From an uncultured bacterium (lineage in GTDB: Bacteria > SAR324 > NAC60-12), in the NCBI GenBank assembly GCA_965662235.1, contig CBFIGY010000014.1:1-64000 (forward strand): a stretch of 64,000 nucleotides of DNA, in the 5' to 3' direction. Under the pieces are notes generated by a model, which saw only the letters and a program-made list of their open reading frames with translations, was not told where the DNA came from and did no database searches. The translations under genes were made by a program, and so were the position numbers. The first letter of the stretch is position 1. Every line of letters starts with the position of its first letter. This document shows positions 1-11,831 of the stretch, piece by piece.

Positions 1-1193
1 AAAATCAACGATATCCCCTGGCCCACTCCCACGCACATCGTGCACAGAGCATAACGACCTCCTCCACGCTGAAGTTCGTACGCTGCCGTGGTCACCAAGC
101 GGGCTCCGGACATCCCCAGCGGGTGTCCCAGAGCGATCGCACCGCCGTTTGGGTTGACATGCGCCGCCTCATCCGGGATCCCTAGGTCCCGCAGAACTGC
201 CAGTCCCTGGCTCGCAAAGGCTTCATTCAGCTCAATCACATCCATCTGCTCCACAGACAGGCCCAAGCGGGACAGCAACTTCCGAGAAGCCGGCGCGGGT
301 CCCCACCCCATGATCCGCGGTTCCACGCCTGCGGTGGCCATCCCAGCAATCCGGGCCAGAGGCGTCAGTTGGTAACGCTGCACCGCCTCCTCAGATGCAA
401 CCAGCACGGCACAGGCGCCATCGTTGACGCCAGACGCATTGCCGGCCGTCACCGTTCCTCCTTGACGGAAGGGCGTTGACAGCTTGCCCAATGCCTCAAG
501 CGTGGTCTCCGGACGGGGGTGCTCATCCACCTGCACGACCACCGGATCCCCCTTACGCTGAGGAATCACCACCGGAGTCAGCTCGGGCTCAAAACGCCCT
601 GCAGCCTGAGCCGCCGCCGTCTTCTGCTGCGACCGCAGGGCAAACGCGTCCTGATCCTCTCGTGAGATCCCGAACTGCTCGGCCACGTTCTCTCCCGTTT
701 CGGGCATGGAGTCAATTCCATACTGCTGCTTTAGAAGAGCATTCACAAAGCGCCAGCCGATGGTCGTATCAAACACCTCTGCTTGCCGCGAGAAGGCCTG
801 GGTCGCCTTGCCCATCACAAAGGGGGCCCGACTCATGCTCTCAACCCCTCCGGCAATCACCAGCTCACCCTCGCCCGACCGGATGGTCCGTGCAGCCAGG
901 CCAATGGCGTCCATGCCCGACCCACACAGCCGATTGACTGTGGTGCCTGGGACCGAAACCGGAAGCCCGGCCAGCAGGGTGACCATGCGAGCGACGTTAC
1001 GGTTGTCCTCTCCTGCCTGATTCGCACAGCCGTAGATCACCTCGTCCACGGCACTCCAGTCCACCTGTGGGTTGCGGTCCTGAAGGGCCTTCAGCGGAAT
1101 CGCCCCTAGGTCGTCAGTCCGGACTCCTGAGAGGGCACCGCCGTAACGTCCAATCGGCGTCCGGACGGCGTCACATAGATAAGCGTCTTTCAT
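1..1193 (-). CDS. pcaF: Beta-ketoadipyl-CoA thiolase (PcaF/PaaJ family); 3' end runs just off the window
   Basis: Not in the ORF track. Manual translation from ATG 1193: MKDAYLCDAVRTPIGRYGGALSGVRTDDLGAIPL...GCANQAGEDNRNVARM; C-terminal GRYALCTMCVGVGQG thiolase motif near base 1. Confidence 0.9.
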   Translation of the reverse strand, partial: MKDAYLCDAVRTPIGRYGGALSGVRTDDLGAIPLKALQDRNPQVDWSAVDEVIYGCANQAGEDNRNVARMVTLLAGLPVSVPGTTVNRLCGSGMDAIGLAARTIRSGEGELVIAGGVESMSRAPFVMGKATQAFSRQAEVFDTTIGWRFVNALLKQQYGIDSMPETGENVAEQFGISREDQDAFALRSQQKTAAAQAAGRFEPELTPVVIPQRKGDPVVVQVDEHPRPETTLEALGKLSTPFRQGGTVTAGNASGVNDGACAVLVASEEAVQRYQLTPLARIAGMATAGVEPRIMGWGPAPASRKLLSRLGLSVEQMDVIELNEAFASQGLAVLRDLGIPDEAAHVNPNGGAIALGHPLGMSGARLVTTAAYELQRGGGRYALCTMCVGVGQGISLI

Positions 1194-1476
1194 AATGTCC
1201 TTATCAAGGAAGCTCGCTCGGGCCTTCTTTAAGAAAGAAGCGTCCCCTGAGCTTCAGTCACAAACGCGCCTCCTTCGGTGTGGAGGCAAAGGAGATGAGC
1301 ATTTCACAAGCCCGCTACTGACGTCAAGCAAGGATCCAGACCCGGCAACCGCCTTTTGCCGAGTTTTGCATTGTACTCCCTCCGCAAGTTGCTAACGTCT
1401 TCGCACAGACTCAACTCAACGGCTGGATTCCCGTACGCTCCGGCTGCCGCTCCTTCTTCTTCATGAGGCCCTCTGC

Positions 1477-2394
1477 GTGAAGCCCTTGCTCCTGATTTCT
1501 CAACAGACGGATGAGTGGCGTGGCTGGCTGTTCGGAATCCTGGGCATGCTGATGTTCAGCCTGACGTTGCCCATGACCCGGCTGGCGGTGGCGCACCTTT
1601 CTCCTTACTTTATCGCCTCCGGACGAGCACTGCTTGCAGCAACCGTTGGCTTTTGCATCCTCCGGATGACAAAACAGCCCTGGCCCACACGCCAGCAGTG
1701 GTGGGGCGTCTGGCAAACCGGACTGGGCGTCATCGTCGGCTTTCCCTTCTTTGTCACAGTGGCCATGCAGCACGTGCCGGCTGTGCACGGCAGCGTCGTT
1801 CTGGGCATTCTTCCCTTGAGCACCGCCATCCTCGGCGCGTTGATGCTGCGGGAACGTCCTTCCCTAGGATTCTGGGGATGTGGACTGCTGGGAAGCGGAG
1901 CTGTCGTCTTCTTTTCTTTGCGAGAAGGGGGAGGTTCGCTGCAAGGAGCTGACGGACTCCTCATGGGCGCCGTCCTCTCTGCTTCCTATGGATACGTCCG
2001 GGGGGCTCAGCTGAGTGCTCAGATCGGTGGGTGGCAGACCATCTGCTGGACTCTGGTCGCCTGGTCGCCCCTTTTGCTACCGCTCACCCTCTGGACGGAG
2101 CAGCAGCTCACGCACCCGGTGCCCTGGAGCAGCTGGATCGGCTTTTTATACGTTGCCCTGTTCAGTCAACTGTTTGGCTTCTTCGCTTGGTACAAAGGCC
2201 TCGCACTCGGAGGCGTGGCTCGGGTCAGTCAGACACAGTTACTGATGCCCTTCTTCACGCTCTTCTTTTCGTCGGCCTTGCTAGGCGAAGAGGTGGACCT
2301 AGAAACCTGGGGATTTGCGGCCCTTGTTCTGATCATTGTCGCCGTTGGCAAACGGATGTCCGTGCAGACCACCCGGTCCCAGACTCCAGATTAA
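1477..2394 (+). CDS. DMT/EamA family transporter
   Basis: 305 aa, about 10 hydrophobic segments, two EamA-like halves; ALGGVARVSQTQLLMPF motif. Confidence 0.85.
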   Translation: MKPLLLISQQTDEWRGWLFGILGMLMFSLTLPMTRLAVAHLSPYFIASGRALLAATVGFCILRMTKQPWPTRQQWWGVWQTGLGVIVGFPFFVTVAMQHVPAVHGSVVLGILPLSTAILGALMLRERPSLGFWGCGLLGSGAVVFFSLREGGGSLQGADGLLMGAVLSASYGYVRGAQLSAQIGGWQTICWTLVAWSPLLLPLTLWTEQQLTHPVPWSSWIGFLYVALFSQLFGFFAWYKGLALGGVARVSQTQLLMPFFTLFFSSALLGEEVDLETWGFAALVLIIVAVGKRMSVQTTRSQTPD

Positions 2395-2526
2395 GGTTGA
2401 CGTCCCCCAGGCAAAACGTTATTTACACGCAAACGGAACCCAAGCGCGCCTCTTTGCTGTTCTCACCGGGAGCCCTGTGCTGCCAAACAGCCGGCACGCT
2501 GCTCCTTCAACCACGAAAGGATCCTC

Positions 2527-3216
2527 ATGGCAGTGGTGTACACGGACATTCCTCGATTGGATGCAGCGCTCGCTGCAGAATTTGACTCCCTGGACGTTGC
2601 AACGGTCCATGAGGCTCAGGGCCGGAAGGGGCTGCTGGCATCGTACATGCGTCCCATCTACCGGCCTGCCCAGGTGGCTGGAACCGCCGTCACCTGCGAG
2701 GTGCCCCCGGGAGACAACTGGATGATTCATGTGGCGGTGGAGCAGTGCCAGCCGGGAGACCTCCTCGTGGTTGCACCGACCAGTCCGTGTGAAGACGGTT
2801 ACTTTGGAGACCTCCTGGCCACCTCACTGATGGCCCGTGGGGTCCGGGGCCTCATCATTGATGCTGGAGTCCGCGATGTCGCCACCCTGACAGAAATGGG
2901 CTTTCCCGTGTGGTCCCGTGCCATCTCGGCTCAAGGCACCGTGAAGGAAACCCTTGGCCGGGTGAACGTGCCGCTCGTCTGCGCCGGCGCCCTGATTCAT
3001 CCGGGGGACCTCGTGGTCGCCGACGACGACGGCGTGGTCGTGGTGCAGCGCGATGAGGTAGCGTCAACGCTGGAACGGGCCAAAACCCGTCTGGCCAATG
3101 AAGCCGGCAAGCGCGAGAAACTTGCTTCTGGTGTTTTGGGACTCGACCTTTACCACATGCGCGATCGCCTCAGCAACAAGGGGCTCCAGTACCTCAAGTA
3201 TCCCGGAAGAGGCTGA
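2527..3216 (+). CDS. ligK: 4-carboxy-4-hydroxy-2-oxoadipate / HMG aldolase
   Basis: [40 protein letters not shown] motifs; lig cluster context. Confidence 0.92.
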   Translation: MAVVYTDIPRLDAALAAEFDSLDVATVHEAQGRKGLLASYMRPIYRPAQVAGTAVTCEVPPGDNWMIHVAVEQCQPGDLLVVAPTSPCEDGYFGDLLATSLMARGVRGLIIDAGVRDVATLTEMGFPVWSRAISAQGTVKETLGRVNVPLVCAGALIHPGDLVVADDDGVVVVQRDEVASTLERAKTRLANEAGKREKLASGVLGLDLYHMRDRLSNKGLQYLKYPGRG

Positions 3217-3217
3217 C

Positions 3218-4309
3218 ATGCAAACCGCCGTTCCTGCGTACCTGATGCGCGGCGGAACCTCCAAGGGGCTCCTCTTCTGTGCCGATGACCTCCCAGACGA
3301 TCCAACGCTGCGAAACCAGGTGCTCCTTGCCGCAATGGGCTCTCCGGACGTTCGGCAGATTGATGGCGTCGGGGGCGCCCACCCGCTCACCAGCAAGGTG
3401 GGAATTGTTTCGCCGTCAGAGCATCCGGAGGCAGACGTGGACTACCTCTTCCTGCAGGTGGCCGTGGACCGTGCCGAGGTCAGCGACAGCCAAAACTGCG
3501 GCAACATCCTTGCGGCAGTGGGTCCCTTTGCACTGGAGCGCGGCCTTGTGGCTCCTCAGTCCGACTGCACCGACGTCCGGATCCGCATGGTCAACACCAA
3601 CACCTTTGCCGTGGCACGGATTGAGACCCCGCAGGGCCAGGTTGGTTACGAAGGCTCCGCCCGCATTGACGGTGTTCCCGGAACGGCGGCGCCGGTGTTG
3701 CTCGACTTCCTCGACACCGCCGGTTCCAGCTGTGGCGCCCTGCTGCCCACCGGCAAGGAGCGGGACACCTTCGACGGCATCGAGGTCACCTGCATCGACA
3801 ACGGAATGCCCGTGGTGCTCCTGCGCGCCACTGATCTGGGGAAAACGGGCGCCGAGGCTCCGGAAGACCTAGAGTCCGACCCAGCCCTGAAGGCCCGCAT
3901 TGAAGCCATCCGCCTGCAGGCCGGAGTCGCCATGAACCTTGGAGACGTCTCACAGAAGACGGTTCCCAAGATGTCTCTGATTGCACCCGCTCAACACGGA
4001 GGACTCCTTGCAACCCGGACCTTCATTCCGCACCGTGTTCATGAAGCCATTGGCGTCCTCGGAGCCGTGAGTGTGGCCACCGCGTGTGTGCTTCCGGATT
4101 CCGTGGCCGCGCCGTTGGTGCCACAGGCCTTCCATCCCGGACGCCACACCGTTGACGTGGAGCACCCCACTGGTTTCTTTACGGTGGGGCTGGAGCTACA
4201 GGACACCGGAGGCTCCCTGCAGGTGACCCGTGCAGGGCTGCTCCGCACCGCTCGCCTGTTGATGCGAGGCGAGGTGATGGTTCCCCAAAGCCTCTGGAGG
4301 CGCCCATGA
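3218..4309 (+). CDS. galD: 4-oxalomesaconate tautomerase (PrpF/GalD/LigU family)
   Basis: MRGGTSKG, QIDGVGGAHPLTSK, QNCGN, EHPTG motifs; ATG 3218 directly after the ligK stop. Confidence 0.9.
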   Translation: MQTAVPAYLMRGGTSKGLLFCADDLPDDPTLRNQVLLAAMGSPDVRQIDGVGGAHPLTSKVGIVSPSEHPEADVDYLFLQVAVDRAEVSDSQNCGNILAAVGPFALERGLVAPQSDCTDVRIRMVNTNTFAVARIETPQGQVGYEGSARIDGVPGTAAPVLLDFLDTAGSSCGALLPTGKERDTFDGIEVTCIDNGMPVVLLRATDLGKTGAEAPEDLESDPALKARIEAIRLQAGVAMNLGDVSQKTVPKMSLIAPAQHGGLLATRTFIPHRVHEAIGVLGAVSVATACVLPDSVAAPLVPQAFHPGRHTVDVEHPTGFFTVGLELQDTGGSLQVTRAGLLRTARLLMRGEVMVPQSLWRRP

Positions 4310-4455
4310 CCGTCCTTTCCTCAGTCAACCCTTCTGACGCTGGAGCTCCCCTGCAGGCGCTTCCGTTTTCCCAAACATCGACTCTGATGAACCTGCACTT
4401 CCACCAACAGGAGGCGCGGGCTCCCCTTTTCCTTCCCCCCAAGGAGGCTTCATGA
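4306..4455 (+). CDS. Putative 49-aa small ORF bridging galD and ligJ
   Basis: GGAGG 5 nt upstream; ATGA overlap with the galD stop and a second ATGA overlap with the ligJ start; MTVLSSVNPSDAGAPLQALPFSQTSTLMNLHFHQQEARAPLFLPPKEAS. Confidence 0.45.
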   Translation: MTVLSSVNPSDAGAPLQALPFSQTSTLMNLHFHQQEARAPLFLPPKEAS

Positions 4456-5474
4456 TCATCGACTGCCACGGACACTACACCACGGCTCCGGAGCCGCACC
4501 AGCGTTTCCGCGAGGCCCAGTTGGCCGCATTCAAGGACCCGGGACTTCCTGCACCGCCAGAAGCCATCATTTCGGATGACCAGATCCGAGAGAGCGTGGA
4601 GGCCAACCAGCTCCGCCTGCTCCGGGAACGTGGAGCCGACCTGACCCTGTTTTCGCCGCGAGCCTCAGCAATGGCGCATCACCTTGGAGACGAAGGCGTC
4701 TCACAGCGCTGGACGGAGGCCTGCAACAACCTCATCAAGCGAGTGGTGGACCTGTATCCGGAGACCTTTGTCGGAGTCTGTCAGCTCCCGCAGTCCCCGG
4801 GAGTACCAATTGCTCAGTCGATTGCCGAGCTGGAACGCTGCGTCCAGGAGCTTGGCTTTGTCGGCTGTAACCTGAACCCGGACCCTTCCGGAGGGCACTG
4901 GACCTCGCTTCCTCTCACAGACCGGAGCTGGTATCCGTTTTATGAAAAGATGGTTGAGCTGGAGGTTCCGGCCATGATCCACGTCTCCGGATCATGCAAC
5001 GCCAACTTTCATGCCACCGGCGCCCACTACCTCAACGCCGACACCACCGCGTTCATGCAGTTTCTGCAGGGAGACCTCTTCACCGACTTCCCCACCCTGC
5101 GGTTCATCATTCCCCACGGCGGAGGCGCGGTTCCGTACCACTGGGGACGCTACCGAGGGCTGGCGGACATGCTTCAGCAGCCTCCGCTCGCCGAGCACGT
5201 GATGAAGAACGTCTTCTTTGACACCTGCGTCTACCATCAGCCCGGGATCGACCTGCTCTTCAAGGTCATTGACATTGACAACATCCTCTTTGGCTCCGAA
5301 ATGGTCGGCGCCGTCCGGGGCATTGATCCGGAAACGGGATGCTACTTTGACGACACCAAGCGCTACATCGAAGCCCTCAACTTGGACCCGGAGGCCAAGC
5401 ACAAGGTCTATGAAGGCAACGCCCGGCGCGTCTACCCCCGGCTGGACGCCCGCTTGAAGGAGATGGGAAAATGA
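4452..5474 (+). CDS. ligJ: 4-oxalomesaconate hydratase (amidohydrolase)
   Basis: MIIDCHGHYTTAP, PHGGGAVPYHWGRYRG, FDTCVYHQPG, FGSEMVGAV; AAGGAGG RBS. Confidence 0.93.
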   Translation: MIIDCHGHYTTAPEPHQRFREAQLAAFKDPGLPAPPEAIISDDQIRESVEANQLRLLRERGADLTLFSPRASAMAHHLGDEGVSQRWTEACNNLIKRVVDLYPETFVGVCQLPQSPGVPIAQSIAELERCVQELGFVGCNLNPDPSGGHWTSLPLTDRSWYPFYEKMVELEVPAMIHVSGSCNANFHATGAHYLNADTTAFMQFLQGDLFTDFPTLRFIIPHGGGAVPYHWGRYRGLADMLQQPPLAEHVMKNVFFDTCVYHQPGIDLLFKVIDIDNILFGSEMVGAVRGIDPETGCYFDDTKRYIEALNLDPEAKHKVYEGNARRVYPRLDARLKEMGK

Positions 5475-6361
5475 GTGATTTTGTTGTGGATGCCGATTGG
5501 CTGCCCTGGCACCCGTCTCCTTCAAAGCCGCGTTTCCAGGTTCCGGAGGGCGCCGTTGATGCACACTGCCACGTGTTTGGTCCCGGACATCAGTTTCCCT
5601 TTGCTCCGGAACGCAAGTACACGCCCTGTGACGCCTCCAAGGAACAGCTCTGGGCGCTGCGGGACTTCTTGGGCTTCTCCCGGAACGTCATTGTGCAAGC
5701 GACCTGTCATGGTGCAGACAACCGTGCCCTGGTGGATGCGCTTGAGCACTCTCAGGGACGGGCACGGGGCGTTGCCACTGTGCGGCAAGACGTGACGGAG
5801 GAGGAGCTTGAGGCCCTGCATGTGGCCGGAGTCCGCGGGGTGCGGTTCAACTTTGTCAAACGCCTCGTTGATGCACTGCCCTTTGGGGCACTGGAGACGA
5901 TTGCGGCGAAGATCCAGCCCCTCGGTTGGCACATTGTCATCTACTTTGAGGCCGCAGAGCTTCCGGAGCTTTACTCCTTCTTTACGGCTCTGCCCACTAC
6001 CGTGGTGGTGGACCACATGGGACGTCCGGATGTGCAGAAGCCCGTGGAAGGGCCGGAGTTCAGTCGGTTTCTGCAGCTGCTGGACGAGCACCCGAACTTC
6101 TGGTCGAAGGTGAGCTGCCCGGAGCGGCTTTCTGTAGAAGGACCTCCTCGCTACTCCGACGTTTTCCCCTTTGCCCGGACGGTGGTGGAACGCTTTCCAG
6201 ACCGCGTGCTGTGGGGAACCGACTGGCCTCATCCGAACATGAAGTCGCACATGCCCGATGACGGGCACCTTGTGGAGGTCATTCCCCACATTGCCCCCAC
6301 ACCTGAGCTTCAGCGCAAGCTGCTGATTGACAACCCCATGCGCCTCTACTGGGCCGATTGA
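5471..6361 (+). CDS. ligI: 2-pyrone-4,6-dicarboxylate hydrolase
   Basis: DAHCHVFGP, VQATCHG, DHMGRP, WGTDWPHPN. Confidence 0.93.
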   Translation: MSDFVVDADWLPWHPSPSKPRFQVPEGAVDAHCHVFGPGHQFPFAPERKYTPCDASKEQLWALRDFLGFSRNVIVQATCHGADNRALVDALEHSQGRARGVATVRQDVTEEELEALHVAGVRGVRFNFVKRLVDALPFGALETIAAKIQPLGWHIVIYFEAAELPELYSFFTALPTTVVVDHMGRPDVQKPVEGPEFSRFLQLLDEHPNFWSKVSCPERLSVEGPPRYSDVFPFARTVVERFPDRVLWGTDWPHPNMKSHMPDDGHLVEVIPHIAPTPELQRKLLIDNPMRLYWAD

Positions 6362-6370
6362 GCAACCCCC

Positions 6371-7677
<1,307 letters not shown>

Positions 7678-7725
7678 CGGTTCTTTCTCCCGAAGGAGCC
7701 TGTTTCCCCAATCAGAAAGGAAACC

Positions 7726-8670
7726 ATGAAAGTGATTCTTGCCGGCCCTGGAGCCTTTGGAAAAAAACACCTAGACGGCCTCCGGAAGATCAACGGCGTC
7801 GAGGTGGTGGGGCTGGTGGGGCAACCCCTTGAGCCCACGCAGGCGGTCGCCCAGGAGTATGGCATTCCCTTCGCGACCACCGACCTTGCAGAGGCCCTGG
7901 CTCTGCCCGGCGTCCAGGCGGCCATTTTGGCCACTCCCACTCCTGTTCATGCGGCTCAGGCCCAACAGTGCCTCCGGGCAGGCGTGCACGTTGAGGTGGA
8001 GATTCCCCTTGCAGACTGCTGGGCCGATGCAGAAGCGGTGATGAAGCTGCAGCAAGAAACCGGACTCGTCTGCATGGTGGGACACACCCGACGCTTCAAC
8101 CCCTCACACCAGTGGGTGCACCAGCGGATCCAGGCTGGAGAGCTGAACCTCCAGCAGCTGGATGTGCAGACCTACTTCTTCCGACGAACCAACATCAACG
8201 CTGCCGGAGAGCCCCGGACCTGGACCGACCACCTCCTCTGGCATCATGCCGCACACACCATCGACCTCTTCCAGTACCAAACCGGAGAAGAGGTCGTCAA
8301 GGCCAACGCCCTTCAGGGGCCCATGCACCCAGAGCTGGGGATTGCGATGGACATGTCCATTCAGCTCTTGACCGCGTCCGGAGCCCTCTGCACCCTCTCC
8401 CTGAGCTTCAATAACGATGGCCCGCTTGGCACCTTCTTCCGTTACATCTGCGACAACGGAACCTACCTTGCTCGGTACGACGACCTTGTGACCGGACGAG
8501 ATGAGCCGATTGATGTCTCGCAGGTGGATGTTTCCATGAACGGCATTGAGCTTCAGGACCGAGAGTTCTTTGCCGCCATCCAGGAAGGGCGAGAGCCCAA
8601 CGCCAGCGTTGCCAAGGTGCTTCCCACGTACCGGGTGATGCATGACCTTGAACAGCAGCTAACCGCCTGA
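7726..8670 (+). CDS. ligC: 4-carboxy-2-hydroxymuconate-6-semialdehyde dehydrogenase (Gfo/Idh/MocA)
   Basis: GAFGKKHLD, GHTRRFNPSHQ, WTDHLLWHHAAHTID. Confidence 0.92.
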   Translation: MKVILAGPGAFGKKHLDGLRKINGVEVVGLVGQPLEPTQAVAQEYGIPFATTDLAEALALPGVQAAILATPTPVHAAQAQQCLRAGVHVEVEIPLADCWADAEAVMKLQQETGLVCMVGHTRRFNPSHQWVHQRIQAGELNLQQLDVQTYFFRRTNINAAGEPRTWTDHLLWHHAAHTIDLFQYQTGEEVVKANALQGPMHPELGIAMDMSIQLLTASGALCTLSLSFNNDGPLGTFFRYICDNGTYLARYDDLVTGRDEPIDVSQVDVSMNGIELQDREFFAAIQEGREPNASVAKVLPTYRVMHDLEQQLTA

Positions 8671-8673
8671 GCC

Positions 8674-9681
8674 ATGAAACAGCGAACCCTCGGAACCACC
8701 TCTGTCCCGGCCATTGGGCTGGGCTGCATGAACCTCAACCACGCCTATGGCACCCCACCGAGCAAGGATGCCGGACAGGCTCTCCTCACCCGCGCCTTTG
8801 AACTCGGCGTCCGGCACTTTGATACAGCGGCTCTCTATGGGTTTGGTCGCAATGAGGAGCTCGTTGGCGAGTGGATGGCCCCCTTCCGCAAGGAGATTCA
8901 CCTCGCCAGCAAGTGCGGCATGCAGGGCGTCAACGGCGTTCGGGTGATTGACGGGCGGCCTGAAACCCTCCGCGGAACCCTGGAAGACTCGCTCCGGCGC
9001 CTCAAGACCGACTTCATCGACCTCTATTACTTGCACCGTTGGGACAAAACCAAGGTGCCGATTGAAGACAGCGTCGGCGAGTTGGGACGCTTTGTTGAGG
9101 AAGGAAAGATTGGGGGCGTCGGCCTCTCTGAAGTTTCCGCCTCCACTCTGCGACGTGCCCACGCGGTGCATCCGATCACCGCGGTGCAGAATGAGTACTC
9201 CCTTTGGACCCGGAACCCTGAGATCGCTCTCAAGGAAGCCTGTGCCGAGTTGGGAGTCACCTTGGTGGCGTTTTCTCCAATGACCCGCGGGTTCTTCTGC
9301 AACCCCCACTTGGATCCCACACAGTTTGAGGAAAAGGACATCCGCCGGAGCATGCCTCGGTTTCAGGAGCCGCAGTTTTCGCAAAACCGGGACCAGCTGC
9401 TGCCCCGCTTCCTCACCCTTGCTGAGCAGGCCGACTGCACCCCGGCTCAGCTGCTCCTAGCGTGGCTTCTGGCGCAAGGGGAGCACGTCCTCCCCATTCC
9501 CGGCACGGCTCGTCTGGCGCACCTTGAGGAAAACGTCGGGGCCGCCTCCGTCACCCTCAGTCCTGAGGTCTTGCAGGCTCTGGACGCGCTGGTCAACATC
9601 CGGACCGTCCACGGCCCTCGCTACCCTGCAGGCACACAGCGGGAGATCGACACGGAACAGTTCGACGAGGAGTTGGAATAA
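8674..9681 (+). CDS. Aldo/keto reductase
   Basis: IGLGCM, FDTAALYG.G.NEE, IDLYYLHR, GLSE, QNEYSLW, IPGT. Confidence 0.9.
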   Translation: MKQRTLGTTSVPAIGLGCMNLNHAYGTPPSKDAGQALLTRAFELGVRHFDTAALYGFGRNEELVGEWMAPFRKEIHLASKCGMQGVNGVRVIDGRPETLRGTLEDSLRRLKTDFIDLYYLHRWDKTKVPIEDSVGELGRFVEEGKIGGVGLSEVSASTLRRAHAVHPITAVQNEYSLWTRNPEIALKEACAELGVTLVAFSPMTRGFFCNPHLDPTQFEEKDIRRSMPRFQEPQFSQNRDQLLPRFLTLAEQADCTPAQLLLAWLLAQGEHVLPIPGTARLAHLEENVGAASVTLSPEVLQALDALVNIRTVHGPRYPAGTQREIDTEQFDEELE

Positions 9682-9696
9682 CCCCTTCCTACTTGA

Positions 9697-9721
9697 GGCC
9701 TCGAGACCCGGTTTCGAGGCC
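9697..9721 (+). terminator. Hairpin at the end of the lig operon
   Basis: GGCCTCGAGAC-ccg-GTTTCGAGGCC; no clear U tract. Confidence 0.4.
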
Positions 9722-9807
9722 GCCTTGCTGACTGACCCGGAGCCCGTCCCAGACGCCAAGCGTTTCCCGTCCCCCTCCTGAAAAACCACCCTGAAAGCAA
9801 ACCCGCC

Positions 9808-9837
9808 TTGCAGGTGCAACGCTGGGGTCCGTATACT
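9808..9837 (+). promoter_or_regulatory. Putative sigma70 promoter of typA
   Basis: TTGCAG-N18-TATACT upstream of typA. Confidence 0.45.
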
Positions 9838-9922
9838 GGCTGATTCACTCCGGATGATTCTTCCCGACCTGTGTGCCCGGCACGTCTCCCTGGTCGGTGT
9901 GATTGCCTCAGCTATCCCCTAC

Positions 9923-11743
9923 ATGGAAAACAAGGCCCTTCGTAATATTGCCATCATTGCTCACGTCGACCACGGCAAGACCACTTTGGTTGACCAAATG
10001 TTCCGCCAGAGTGGGCTCTTCCGGGAAAATCAGGACATTGCAGACCGTCTGATGGACAGCATGGACCTGGAACGCGAGCGGGGGATCACCATTGCCGCCA
10101 AGAACTGCGCCATTGACTGGAAGGGCATCAAGATCAACATCCTAGACACTCCCGGACACGCCGACTTTGGCGGTGAAGTGGAGCGCGCGCTGATGATGGT
10201 CGATGGCGCCATCATCCTCGTTGACGCTTCCGAGGGGCCGCTGCCGCAAACCCGCTTCGTCCTCCGCAAAGCCCTTGAGGCCGGACTGAAGATCATCGTC
10301 GTCATCAACAAGATCGACCGTCAAGATGCCCGGGCTGAAGAGGTGCTGGACGAGGTCTACAGCCTCTTCATTGACCTGGATGCCAGCGATGAACAGATCG
10401 AGTTCCCGGTACTGTATGCGATCGGACGCGACGGCATTGCCCAGACCAACCTGAACGAACGGGGCACCGACCTCGCTCCTCTCTTGGACCTGATCGTCGA
10501 GCACCTGCCTGGCCCTCGGCACGATCCGGAGCAGCCTTTCCAGATGCTGGTCAGTGACCTTGGGTACTCCGACTACCTCGGGCGCCTTGCCATTGGACGC
10601 ATCGTCAACGGCAGCATCTCCCGGAACGAGTCCCTCGTCTGCCTCAACGAACAAGGCGAGCTGATTTCCCTGCGGGCCTCCAAGCTCCAGGTCTACTCAG
10701 GGGTTGGCACCGAAGACCGGGAACAGGTGGACCCCGGAGAAATCCTGGTCCTTGCCGGCATCGAAAATGTCCACATCGGAGACACCATCTGCACCCGAGA
10801 GGCGCCGAAGGCCCTGCGCCGGATCACCGTGGATGAGCCGACGGTGACCATGCTCTTTGGCCCCAACACCTCGCCCTTCTCCGGACAGGAAGGCAAGCTG
10901 GTGCAGTCGACCAAGATCCGGGACCGCCTGAAGCTTGAGACCCTCCGAAACGTGTCGTTGCAGTACGAAGAGGCGCAAGGGGAATCGTTTCTGGTGAAGG
11001 GACGGGGCGAGCTGCAGATGGCCGTGCTCATTGAGACCATGCGTCGCGAAGGATTTGAGCTGACGGTGGGACGTCCGGAGGTCATCTACCGCGGTGAAGG
11101 CAGCCAGCGGGAAGAGCCGATTGAAGACGTGTTTGTGGACTGCGAGGAGCAGTTTCTGGGCATCGTCTCTGAGAAGCTGTCGCTGCGCAAGGGACGAATG
11201 GTGAACCTCGTCAACCATGGCACCGGACGCATCCGGGCCCAGTTTCATGTGCCCACCCGGGGCCTGATCGGGTACCGTTCCGAGTTTCTGACGGACACCC
11301 GGGGCACGGGCATCCTCAACTCCTACCTCCTGGGCTACGAGCCCTATCGCGGTGACTTCCCCACCCGCCTGACGGGCTCCTTGGTTTCCGACCGGTCCGG
11401 CGAAGCCGTCGCCTACGCCCTCTTCAATCTGGAGCCCCGGGGACGGCTGTTTGTGGTTCCGGGCACCCGGGTCTACGAGGGCATGATCATTGGGGAGCAC
11501 AACCGCAACAATGACCTCAATGTGAACGCCTGCAAGGAGAAGAAGCTCACCAACGTTCGGGCTTCAGGGAAGGATGACAACATCCAGCTCACCCCGGTCA
11601 TTCCCCTCACGCTGGAGCGCTCCATTGAGTGGCTGGCAGAAGACGAGTGCCTCGAGGTGACCCCCAAGAACATCCGCCTCCGGAAGCTGTGGCTGACGCT
11701 CAATGAACGCGAACGGTACGGCAAACGCAAAAAAAGTGCCTGA
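9923..11743 (+). CDS. typA: Translational GTPase TypA/BipA
   Basis: [51 protein letters not shown]. Confidence 0.97.
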   Translation: MENKALRNIAIIAHVDHGKTTLVDQMFRQSGLFRENQDIADRLMDSMDLERERGITIAAKNCAIDWKGIKINILDTPGHADFGGEVERALMMVDGAIILVDASEGPLPQTRFVLRKALEAGLKIIVVINKIDRQDARAEEVLDEVYSLFIDLDASDEQIEFPVLYAIGRDGIAQTNLNERGTDLAPLLDLIVEHLPGPRHDPEQPFQMLVSDLGYSDYLGRLAIGRIVNGSISRNESLVCLNEQGELISLRASKLQVYSGVGTEDREQVDPGEILVLAGIENVHIGDTICTREAPKALRRITVDEPTVTMLFGPNTSPFSGQEGKLVQSTKIRDRLKLETLRNVSLQYEEAQGESFLVKGRGELQMAVLIETMRREGFELTVGRPEVIYRGEGSQREEPIEDVFVDCEEQFLGIVSEKLSLRKGRMVNLVNHGTGRIRAQFHVPTRGLIGYRSEFLTDTRGTGILNSYLLGYEPYRGDFPTRLTGSLVSDRSGEAVAYALFNLEPRGRLFVVPGTRVYEGMIIGEHNRNNDLNVNACKEKKLTNVRASGKDDNIQLTPVIPLTLERSIEWLAEDECLEVTPKNIRLRKLWLTLNERERYGKRKKSA

Positions 11744-11831
11744 GTCCGCACGGAAAAGCCCTTGAAAAAGCAAGGGCATCCGAGGCAAAATAGGTCCTTT
11801 CGGATCATCCCTTTTTCTCGTAAGGAATCCC

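Noticed and set aside
2397..2425. sigma70 promoter for ligK (TTGACG-N17-TATTTA)
   Set aside because: Good -35 but weak -10; not enough support to list as a feature.
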